A stretch of DNA of 46,302 nucleotides from Saprolegnia diclina VS20 (taxonomy: Eukaryota), in contig NW_008246088.1 in assembly GCF_000281045.1 (NCBI RefSeq), positions 617,328 to 663,629 on the forward strand, written 5' to 3'. Made by a program: the position numbers and the translations under genes. This document shows, one piece after another, positions 32,068 to 41,497 of this stretch. Each line of letters begins with the position of its first letter. Position 1 is the first letter of the stretch. The notes under the pieces are model-generated. The model was given only the letters and a program-made list of their open reading frames with translations. It did no database searches and was not told where the DNA came from.

Positions 32068-32994
32068 TTGTTCGAGTGCGGAAAAGTGACCAAATTTGAT
32101 GCAAAGAGTGATGGGCCGCGTTTGAATTGCACGACACTCTGGCTCACTTCACAGAGGGCGGGAGTTTTCAAAGAATGAGTGATTGGCGCCAAAGCCAGAA
32201 CCATAACATCAGGAGCTATTAACGTCGATCGAGCCATTCGTAAAGTCTCGGTCAATCGATGACCTTCGTCGTCGACTAGTTTCAGGTACCGAGGACCTTA
32301 TCTAGTTCCTCGGCTACTTGGTGCTAGGATCTGCTTCTGAGCTCGAATCTGGCGTGAGTCTGTCGGCGTGGCCCCTGCGCTCATGCTGCGTCCTCGCTTC
32401 GATGGACTGCAAGCCATGTCAACTTTGGCACCCACGGACCCAAGTAGCTTTCTCAAACTCGCAAAGTTCGAAACCACGCAATCACCCATTGAATGGTGAC
32501 GGTGCACGGCTCGAGTGGCGGCGGTGCGTGCGTCCTGCAGCGACAAGGCCCGTCGACGCTGACGAGGCAGCTGCGTGGGTCTCTGAGATCTCAAAGAGCG
32601 TTCTCGGCAGCCAGGCGATCGTCTCTTTACACGTCGTGCCATCCTTGCGATCCATCCAAAATTTAGCCATCACTACAGTGTATAGGCCGCCTGTCCAGGA
32701 ATTCACTTAGAAAAGTATCATTGTCGCATGGCTGTGTGCGTCATATTAAAAAAGAGCTTGTTAAAGTACTTTATAGCGCAATTCAGTTGAATCCAAGGAG
32801 CGACGACACAACACAACCCGGCAATATTTATATCCAAGCGATAACTCTATACGGGCTTATTGTATGAGAAGACCAACTGAGGTATTGTATTACGCAAATG
32901 TATAGCTGTTTTCCTGCCCACACCGGAAGAGTGCAATGATATGCCAGAGCCGGCAGGCGGTGGCAGTCTGGTGCTTCCCAGAAACTGATAGTCC

Positions 32995-34670
32995 ATGGCC
33001 GAGTCGACGCCTCTGCTGCCGCCACGCGTCGTGCGCGTGCCACTGACGCCCCCTCGGCACGAGCACCGCATCCGCATCCATATGTCGCCGCCCCGGCACA
33101 TTGAGCATCACGATAGCACCGACAGCACGGGCAGCGGCGAGAGCAGCGGCGAGCACCCGCACCTGCTGCGGACGCCGTCGCGCTCCAAGCAGCGCTGGGT
33201 TCACGCCGTGCGCAAGGTGCAGCAGGCGTCGCCGTCGCACCGGTGGCTGGACGCCATCCAGCGGCTCAAGGGCAAGCGGACGGGGTTTGTCGCCCGCCCT
33301 GCCGCGCAGTCCCGCAAGGATCTTCTCGCGTTTTCACTGGTGCGCGACGCGTCACTGGCGTCATAGCTGATCTCAATGTCTAGAACGATATCGATGCGTT
33401 CCTGGGCCGGACAAAGCCGCCCGCCATCGAGTACCTCGTCGTCGAAGTCCTCGTTCACAAGAACCCGTTGCACCCATCGCACCTCGGCCGCTGGGCGCAC
33501 TCGGCCGTCCGGTATGCTTCGTCGTTGCTTCTCATCCTCATGCGTCGGCCATCACGTAGCTACACGCTCCCGGATGGCGAGCAAAAGCTCGTCAACATTT
33601 GCAGGTATCTTCATTTCTCGTCAGCACATAAAAGTCGACATATCTCGTTAGACCTGGAGATGGCCGCGAGCTCATCGAGTTCTTTGACGACCCGGAAGAC
33701 TACATCCTCGGCGTCAAGGGCAAGGTACCATTCGTCGTTGGGTAGAGATGGATACGCAACCTATGTACCGTAGGGCGGTATCTTTGCCCGGGACATTTGC
33801 TCGGTGCGCATCGAAGACGTCAACCCGGCGTCGATGATGGCGCTGCACCACCACTTCCTTGCGACCTCGCACCGCTTCCGCGCCGATGGAAAAGGCGTCA
33901 AGTTTGAAATCACGGGCGGCTTCTGGCACAACCTCTTCCGCGAAGTGTTCCACCTACCGTCCCGACCGAGCGGCAACTGCGCGCGCTGGGTCTCAAAGGG
34001 CCTTGTGTACGCCAACGTCCTTCGGCGCCAGAGCATGTTTCCCAAGGCCATTTGGGTCGAAATGATCGAGAGCCAGGTAGACGCGTCCCAACTGTCTTGT
34101 TGAACCAGAATCCATGCCATGGATTCGTAGGCTGCCACCAACCCGGACAACGTCCATGTCGTGTACTACAAGCGTATCCACGCCAAGCAAAAGGAGAAGC
34201 CACACCTCAAGACGGGTACGCGTCTTCGATATGGATCGCATGGACCGTATGGATGTATCGGCGGTGTAGGCTTTAGCTTTACGAGCATCAAAGCGATCCT
34301 CTTCTTTCCGTCCGACGTCATCCAGAGCTGGCTGTACTGGGACATGCGCCAATACGCCAACGTCATTGTCGACAACGACCCGACGTTAACGCTGGAGGAG
34401 CAGTCGAAGCGGATCAAGTGCGAGCTCAAGCCCGGCCGCGGCCGTCGCGTTCACCACTGGGTCGTGTACTTTATTCGGTTCCTGCACCTCGTCATCGTCG
34501 TGGGCGCGTCCTTGACGTACGTCTTGTACTGCCCCGGCGGCAACCAGACAAAGCACCTCGGGCCCAACTTTACATACAACGTCTGCCCTTCGAGCTACCC
34601 CGTCACGGCCGGCTACCGCATCGTCATCGTCGTCATTATCGTGAGTATCGTCGAATTTTGGTTTTATTAA
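32995..34670 (+). CDS. Multi-exon membrane-anchored protein with a permuted papain-like (His...Asn-Cys) catalytic signature
   Basis: Short GT-AG introns (first 33340-33383) join WAHSAVR|YTLPDG...GGIFARDICSVRIE...SGNCARWVSKGL..A; two C-terminal TM helices end at TAA 34668-34670. Confidence 0.6.
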
Positions 34671-34768
34671 GCGTCAAATTGTATCGCTGACTGCTTGTTG
34701 CTTGGACGACGTCGATGATGCAGGATGCACGGAGCTCAAGTACGAGGAGAAAGACAAGGCAGGATGGA

Positions 34769-35225
34769 CTAGCGGCGGCAGGTCATGTCAACCAATTGCT
34801 TCTTCAAGTAGAGGACGAAAAGCACCGCCAAATACGTCATGGCGGTGCTCACGCCCATCCAAAAGTTTCGCTGGGCGATCCATTTGAGGGACTGCGTCGC
34901 ATCGTCGTCGAGAGCGATGCAGTCTCCGCGATACGCTTGCACTAGCGCCGCATGCATGAGAAGACATGGACGATGGTGACGGGACGTACTCGCGAGAAAG
35001 AAGATACCCATGCAGAGGACCCAGAGCACGAGGGAGAGACCCGCAAACTCAAAGGCGTAGAGCAGGGCCTCGATGAAGGCGTCGATCCGCCCGGAGAGGA
35101 AGCATGGCGGAAGGAGGAGGACAGTCAACCTAGGACCATGAGCCTTCTCGTCGGTCGAAGGACGCGGCTACAGACAGGAGAAGTCCGAGCGGGAAGAGGC
35201 CATGGCCGACGACGGTCGCGAGCAT
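34769..35225 (-). CDS. Hypothetical small multi-pass membrane protein (spliced; 3' end uncertain)
   Basis: ATG 35225 and plausible short introns join MLATVVGHGLFPLGLL to hydrophobic segments FIEALLYAFEFAGLSLVLWVLCMGIFFLA and FWMGVSTAM. Confidence 0.4.
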
Positions 35226-36500
35226 GCTGGGTCGGGTGTGCAGGGCGGAGGAAATTTGGAACTGACGCTGTTTTTCACCGAGTATCCACGTGTAAAATAC
35301 ATAAACGAATGTGTGAAATAAAATACCCGAAAATTGAATTGGAAAGGTGCGGTGGGGATGTGAAAAACGTGGTAAATGTGAAACCTCCATCAGCAGTTAC
35401 ACATATTCATATTGGCCGCCAGGCGACCGTCAATATTGAAGAACCATATTGCGGTCCATCAATCGCAAATCCAGAAGGTAAGTTGTACACTATCTGCTGA
35501 CGCTCAAAGGACTTTCGCTTGTTTACGCCTGTCATTCAAGCTCAAGCTGCTAATCTATGGTATTGAGCTTCTGCTGCTCGTTGTTATAATATCACTTGAG
35601 ACCGCCCCGCAAAGCTCCGATATGGAATTCTCTTCTACGCGAAATATGAAATATGCTTGCCGGCATTTTGCATGGATCCGTCGTGCAAGATGATCGGTGG
35701 CCGGGCACCCTCCGCACAAAATCCTGCATTCGCAGCCAGAAAACACTGCACTCGCTAGGCAGCTGCACTGTGGCACTATGATGAGCTGTGTACTCTGGCT
35801 GGTATCAGTGAAAAGGAGAGGCTTCCGCAAGTACTGAATCAAAGTCTTTCGCAAAACGACGATAAGCCTACAAAGTCGTCTTTCACAGTGGTGGGCCCAG
35901 TGGATAGACCTCGCCATTATACTGTAGCAAACACCCTTGGTGGACCAAAGGCCTTGAAACCCCCACTTTGGCACCCACCCGAGCGCATCACTAGGCTTGT
36001 CGACGATGCATAAGAAGAATCGTTTAGTTGTCGGGGTCGAATCACAACTGACGATTTGTATCTGCGACTCGATCCCGCTCCAGCGAGCTGGCAACTCAAC
36101 ACGCCACCCGCGACTGGTATCGCACTTGCAGTGTAAGTTCTATTGGCTATGGCCCACCGCTCGGTTCTCTACCGCACGATCTGCCATTCGATGTAACGGT
36201 ATATCCTTTGGCTGGAAGAATCAACCCGTCACTTTGTTTGGTTGTCGTTGAACTGGCTCACACCAAAGCAGCGTGAGGCTAGCAATGACCTGGTGCTCGT
36301 CCTCGCTTGCGGGAAGAAGAGGTCCACAAAGTGCACCAGTCGTCGTCGTCGTCGTCATCGTCGTCGGTTGTCGTCGTCCGCGCGCAACCGCCCAACGGGG
36401 TTTTCGAAGAAAGGCGCGTTGGAACGTGGGCGTCACCAGCTGCTGCGGCCTTGACACCTTGATCCGCATTCACTTTTCAATTGTATCGCTCTCGTCTCGC

Positions 36501-37679
36501 ATGTCGACACTGCGCGAGTCATCTGCCTTGCGCGCACTGAGCGTCGCGGGCATCGTCCGCAGCATTGCGTCGTACCAAGACGGCATTCTCGAGGACCTCC
36601 GTCCGTTCCTGGGCTTTGACTACAAGCAATGGGTCAACACGCCGTTCGACAAGCGCCTCCTGGTGCAGCTCGAGCCCTTCCATGCGCTCCTCGTGCCGTG
36701 GCTCGCTGACCACTCGATCGACCGGCTTTCGCAGCTCTTTGCAGCCTTGCCGGACGTCGCGCCGCTCGTGACCGAGACCGCCATCTACTACGGCCACGAC
36801 GATCTTGTCGCGCACCTCTCGGTGCACTGGCGGCACAAGGCGACGTCGCTTCGGTCCATGGACTTGGCGGCGTGGGCCGGACACTTTGCGATCCTCCAGC
36901 GTCTCCACGAAGACGACTTTGGTGGGTGCTCGCACTTGGCGATGGACTGGGGCGCGCGCGGCGGTCACTTGGACATTGTCCAGTTTCTCCACGAGCAGCG
37001 CACCGAAGGCTGCACGACGGAAGCCATGAACTGGGCGGCGAACCTCGGCCACTTTGAGATTGTGAAGTTCCTCCACTTCAAGCGCACCGAAGGCTGCACG
37101 AAGGAGGCGCTCAACTGGTCGGCGGGCAACGGGCACCTCGAGGTCGTTCGGTTTCTGCACACGCACCGGCGCGAAGGCATGACTGAGTACGGTATGAACA
37201 TGGCAGGCTACAACGGCCACGTGGCGACCATCGATTTCCTCCACAACAATCGGACCGAAGGCTGCACCGAGTGGGCGATGACGTGGGCGGCGTCTCAAGG
37301 CCACATGGACGTCGTCCAGTACCTCCATGCAAACCGCACCGAGGGCTGCTGCGCCCACACGCTGAGCTGGGCGGCGTCCCGCGGCGACTTTGCGATGGCC
37401 GAGTTTCTCTTGACGCACGGCTACTGCGACAACAAGATCGAGGCCATGCGCCACGCCGCCCGCGTCGGCCAGTTTGACATGTGCGCGTATCTCTACGAAG
37501 ACGGCATGGACGTCCAGATCCCGCTCGTCTCGGCGGCCATGCACGGCATGCTCGACATTGTTAAATTCTTTGTGCCCCGGGTCACTCGACACGGCGGGTG
37601 GACCGAAGTGCGCAAGGCCGCGGCGGACGCGGGCCACGCCAACGTCACCGCCTACTTGGACGCCGTCCTGAAACCCTAA
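36501..37679 (+). CDS. Ankyrin-repeat protein of the oomycete EGCT..AM.WAA..GH type
   Basis: ATG 36501; tandem repeats of about 23 aa such as RTEGCTTEAMNWAANLGHFEIVKFLH; N-terminal SIASYQDG motif; intronless. Confidence 0.9.
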   Translation: MSTLRESSALRALSVAGIVRSIASYQDGILEDLRPFLGFDYKQWVNTPFDKRLLVQLEPFHALLVPWLADHSIDRLSQLFAALPDVAPLVTETAIYYGHDDLVAHLSVHWRHKATSLRSMDLAAWAGHFAILQRLHEDDFGGCSHLAMDWGARGGHLDIVQFLHEQRTEGCTTEAMNWAANLGHFEIVKFLHFKRTEGCTKEALNWSAGNGHLEVVRFLHTHRREGMTEYGMNMAGYNGHVATIDFLHNNRTEGCTEWAMTWAASQGHMDVVQYLHANRTEGCCAHTLSWAASRGDFAMAEFLLTHGYCDNKIEAMRHAARVGQFDMCAYLYEDGMDVQIPLVSAAMHGMLDIVKFFVPRVTRHGGWTEVRKAAADAGHANVTAYLDAVLKP

Positions 37680-38037
37680 TTTATCTAATCGCTCCCTAAC
37701 CTAATATGACTATTCGATGACAATACATGGCATAAAAGAGCCAGCAGCATGATCGGTTGTCTTCAAGCATTGCGCAACGTTGAGTTGTCGCGACGTTGAG
37801 TTGTCGGCCGAGTGTCTCTGCCAAGAAAGGAGCCGCTTTCTTCACGCTACCGAGCCACACCAGCTGGTTCGACGAGTACGTGGCACGCTCTGGGTCAGCG
37901 CAGGAGACACTGTATTAAACGCTGTATAGGCAGGGACGCCAAACACTGTTTCACACGACCCGTGGCGCGCTGGGGTGTGTTGGGGTGGGACGAGGGACTG
38001 CACGTACTAGAATGCCTTTTAGTTTGCTGAGAGGCTC

Positions 38038-39555
38038 CTAGTCGGTCTTTTCCTTGGTGCGTCGCCGGAGTAGACGCTGGACGAGACGCTTGAGGCCGTG
38101 GACGAGCTTCCCGAGGTTGCTGCGCTTGCGCTCGTGCCGCAGCAGCGTGTTTACGAACGAGCCCATGGCCATGCTCACGACCGTCGACGTGAGGCAGATT
38201 ACGTTGTACGGCATGCTAAAGTCGGGTACAGGCAGCTGCACGAGCAGCGGCTCCGTGTACAGTACCGTTGCTTGACGCCCGCGCGTCACGTGGACACTGG
38301 CGGCCGGCGCGTCAAACCCGCGGCTTGCGTCCGGCGGGTGCGACTCGATGGGCAGAAAGCTCTTTTCAAACGCATATGCGAGCTCCAGCCGACTCTGCGG
38401 CGGCAGCGTGAGCACGACACGGAGGTGGGCGAGCTCGCCTCGTGTTTTCGCCGGCGTCAACACGACAAACGACGTGTTTGCATCGAGTCGCTGGCCGTTG
38501 ATAGCGAGGCGGAGCGAACTAAAGTAGACGCGCATGAAGGACGGGATCGTCTCGTTGTATGCAATGTGCAGCGGCGCCTTGGGGTCCTTGTTGACGAGGC
38601 GCATCGCGACGCCGCCACGGACTTGGCCAAAGCCCGTGAGGTATCGGTGCACGGACGCCGCGTGCCAAAACGACTTGGGCGCGGGTGGCGGTGTCGTCGC
38701 GAGCCACGGCTCTTGCACCGACGTGAGGCCGGCAAGCGGTACAACGTGTTTGTAGATGTTGCGATACCGTTCAACCGCCACGGGCGGCGTCGTGACATAC
38801 ATCGGTTTCTCGGACGCGAGCTCGGTCGTGATCGACGACTCGGTCGCTAAGAGACACATGGACGCCTCGGTGGCGCCGAGGGCCGATGCGAGCGACCAGC
38901 CGTCGTCAACGCGCTTGACGAACGTGAGCGTCTGGTGCAGCGAGAGCTTGGATGCTTGCCGCGAGACGCGAAGGCGCATCGAGACGTAGTCGCTATCGAG
39001 GACGTGGAGCGGATGCACAAACGCGCCGAGACCGGCGTGCGACCGGCAAGGCAGAAGCTTGAGCCACGGACTGAGGTTCTCCGTGCAGAGCTCTTCGCGC
39101 GGCAAGTTGCTCTCGAAGAGCCGAGCGCCATGCGTGTGCACAGCAGCTCCGTCCATCTTGTTGAGCGACGCCGAGAAGATGCCGGCAAGGGCCTGCGCGA
39201 GGCCATGAAAGTCGTCGCGCGATGCCACGTCAGCGGACAAGAGCGCGCCGAACGGAGCGGCGTCCCATGCATCGCCCCATTGCTCGTGGCGCCATAGGCC
39301 ATTCGCAAACGTGAGCTCGAACTCATCGACGTTGAACTTGTGCAGGACCTGGCGCATGTGCTTGGGGAACACATCAAAGTGCTGCGCGCTCGGCGCCGTG
39401 TCGCCGTCGACCTCGTGCAAAAAGCTAAAGTGGGCGGCGACCTTACCAAGGCCAGGCAGAGGCCGCAGCATCAAGTCTTCCGAGTACGTTCGCTCGGCCT
39501 GCGCGCAGAGCGCGGCCAGCGCCAGCGCCGTCCAGAGGGCCACGACAAGCCCCAT
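38038..39555 (-). CDS. PIGT: GPI transamidase subunit PIG-T / Gpi16
   Basis: Signal peptide; YSEDLMLRPL, LPREELCTENLSPWLKLLPC...GL, HPPDASRGFD, LYTEPLLVQLPVPDFSMPYNVICLTSTV; C-terminal KEKTD ER-retrieval-like tail. Confidence 0.95.
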   Translation of the reverse strand: MGLVVALWTALALAALCAQAERTYSEDLMLRPLPGLGKVAAHFSFLHEVDGDTAPSAQHFDVFPKHMRQVLHKFNVDEFELTFANGLWRHEQWGDAWDAAPFGALLSADVASRDDFHGLAQALAGIFSASLNKMDGAAVHTHGARLFESNLPREELCTENLSPWLKLLPCRSHAGLGAFVHPLHVLDSDYVSMRLRVSRQASKLSLHQTLTFVKRVDDGWSLASALGATEASMCLLATESSITTELASEKPMYVTTPPVAVERYRNIYKHVVPLAGLTSVQEPWLATTPPPAPKSFWHAASVHRYLTGFGQVRGGVAMRLVNKDPKAPLHIAYNETIPSFMRVYFSSLRLAINGQRLDANTSFVVLTPAKTRGELAHLRVVLTLPPQSRLELAYAFEKSFLPIESHPPDASRGFDAPAASVHVTRGRQATVLYTEPLLVQLPVPDFSMPYNVICLTSTVVSMAMGSFVNTLLRHERKRSNLGKLVHGLKRLVQRLLRRRTKEKTD

Positions 39556-39731
39556 CTTTGCGGATGGTGTCCGGATACAATGTGCGCCATATCCGGGCGC
39601 GGTAGCATCCGCATACTAGTATATATAGCCGACTAGCGATGCACAGTCGGCTATGAACACCGAAAAGCGGGTGAAATTACAGGCCAACTGGACACAGGTC
39701 TAAAAAGCCATTTCGGCGTTAAGTTGCGACG
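39556..39731. promoter_or_regulatory. 176-bp bidirectional promoter between PIG-T and the TIGD-like gene
   Basis: Head-to-head ATGs; TCCGGATA and TATCCGG motifs near 39570-39596; TACTAGTA at 39614; perfect 10-bp inverted repeat ATAGCCGACT-N10-AGTCGGCTAT at 39625-39654. Confidence 0.55.
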
Positions 39732-41390
39732 ATGGCCGAGCCGACGACCAAGGCAAAGCGTCTCACGGACAAGGAACGACTCGAGATCTTAGACCTGCTT
39801 GAGAACGAGCCGAGCATGACAAAGGTCGAGCTCGGCCGGCGCTACGGCATCTCGGGCTCGGCCATCACGAAGCTGTCGCACAACGCGGATGCAATCCGCA
39901 GCCGGCACGCCGATGGCAGCGTCGCGCACCGTGATCGGCGGCAGCGCGGTACCAAGGCAATCGCGCAGCCGTTCGAAGAGAAGCTCTACCGCTGGCTGCA
40001 CGCGCTCGAGGCGCACCGCATCGTCGTGCCGCCGGCGCAGGTCATGGAGAAGGCGCTGCTCCTGAGCACGCACGCACAGATTCCCAACTTTGTCGCGTCC
40101 AACGGCTGGTACTACCGCTTTCTCAACCGGTATGGCTTCAAGACGACGTCCAGCGCCAAGCTCGAGTCGTCGGCCGTGACACCAGACGCGACCTTGGACC
40201 AGCTCCGGTCGCTCCGCGTCAAGCTCGCGTCGTTTGGGTCCGAGTGCGTCTACAGCATGGACACCACCGACCTCTTCTACCGCTGGCTGCCCCACTACGA
40301 CGTTCTCTGCCCGCATTACGAGGCGCGGATCGAAGATCTCTTGCCAAAAGACCGGACAACGCTCCTCGTATGTGCGAACGCAACCGGGTCGCACAAGCTG
40401 CCACCGCTCGTCGTCGACGTCAGCGGCCACTCGCTGCCAGCGCGGTACCGCGAGAGCAAGACGTTTCCGCTCCCGTACGCGACGTCTGGCAAGGCGTGGT
40501 GCGTGGATGCCAACGTCTTCAAGCACTGGTTTGAGACCGTCTTTGTGCCATCCGTGCGCGCCCAGACGTCACGCCCTGTCGTGCTGCTCCTCGACAACTC
40601 GCGCGGGCAGTTTGCCGAACTTACGCGGGAGAACGTGACAACGATGCTGCTGCCGCCGCAGACACCGGCCTTGTACGTGCCGATGGGCGCCGACCTCTTT
40701 CTGAGTCTCAAGCTGCGCTACAAGTTTCGGTTGATCCAGGAATTGCTCAGCTTTTCCGAAAAGCCCGACGCCGACGTACGCGAGTGCATTGAGCGCGGCC
40801 GCACCAAGCCCAGCGCGGGCCTCGACTGCGGCCGGCCGCCCCACATCGTCGAGGCCATGGCGCTGCTCAAAGATGCGTGGGACGACATTCCCCCTACACG
40901 CCTCCAAGACCAGTGGCGCCGGACGACTTTGCTCTTTAGCGATCAACCGCTGCCGGCGCCCGAGGGCGACCGAGACGCCGACCTCATCGACGAGCTTGTT
41001 CACGTGTTCCCACCGACACCCGGTATGCTGGACGTCCGCGCCGAGTTGCTGACGTGGCTGCACGCCGACGCTACCGAGAACGACATTCTCAAGCAAGCGA
41101 TTGTCGATGACTTGGAGCGGCGACTTTTGCGCGTCGAGTCGTCGCAGGAGGCGCCGTTGGCAGTGGACGAAGCATCAGCGGGGCCGTGGCCAGGAGCCAA
41201 CGCGATTCTCAAAACCCTCTCGGCGCTCGAAGCGCTGTACGAACACCCGTCCTGCCACGAGTACCTCGGGGATGCGGTCGTGAGCGAGCATCTGCAGCAA
41301 GTCGATATGCAGCGACGCGTCGTGACGCGCACCAAGAGCATGAAGGACCGCAAGCGCCGGCGAGAAGAAGGCACCGTCACGAGACTCTAA
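39732..41390 (+). CDS. pogo/Tigger (TIGD/CENP-B/Jerky-like) transposase-derived protein, probably domesticated and catalytically inactive
   Basis: HTH_psq (RLTDKERLEILD...KVELGRRYGIS), Tc5 HTH (EEKLYRWL...FVASNGWYYRFLNRYG), DDE_1-like (YSMDTTDLFY, KDRTTLLVCANATGSHKLP, LLLDN, LPPQTPALYVPMG). Intact 552-aa ORF; no TIRs seen. Confidence 0.85.
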   Translation: MAEPTTKAKRLTDKERLEILDLLENEPSMTKVELGRRYGISGSAITKLSHNADAIRSRHADGSVAHRDRRQRGTKAIAQPFEEKLYRWLHALEAHRIVVPPAQVMEKALLLSTHAQIPNFVASNGWYYRFLNRYGFKTTSSAKLESSAVTPDATLDQLRSLRVKLASFGSECVYSMDTTDLFYRWLPHYDVLCPHYEARIEDLLPKDRTTLLVCANATGSHKLPPLVVDVSGHSLPARYRESKTFPLPYATSGKAWCVDANVFKHWFETVFVPSVRAQTSRPVVLLLDNSRGQFAELTRENVTTMLLPPQTPALYVPMGADLFLSLKLRYKFRLIQELLSFSEKPDADVRECIERGRTKPSAGLDCGRPPHIVEAMALLKDAWDDIPPTRLQDQWRRTTLLFSDQPLPAPEGDRDADLIDELVHVFPPTPGMLDVRAELLTWLHADATENDILKQAIVDDLERRLLRVESSQEAPLAVDEASAGPWPGANAILKTLSALEALYEHPSCHEYLGDAVVSEHLQQVDMQRRVVTRTKSMKDRKRRREEGTVTRL

Positions 41391-41497
41391 GAAATACGAG
41401 TTTGAACTTATAATCAACACAAAGTGTTGATAGAAATAGGAGTGAAAGGCAAACGTAATAGGGTGCTGACAAGCCCTAATATAGACATTCGCGCGCG

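Noticed and set aside
37777..37806. Short tandem duplication ACGTTGAGTTGTCG
   Set aside because: Two copies only in intergenic DNA; ordinary slippage duplication.
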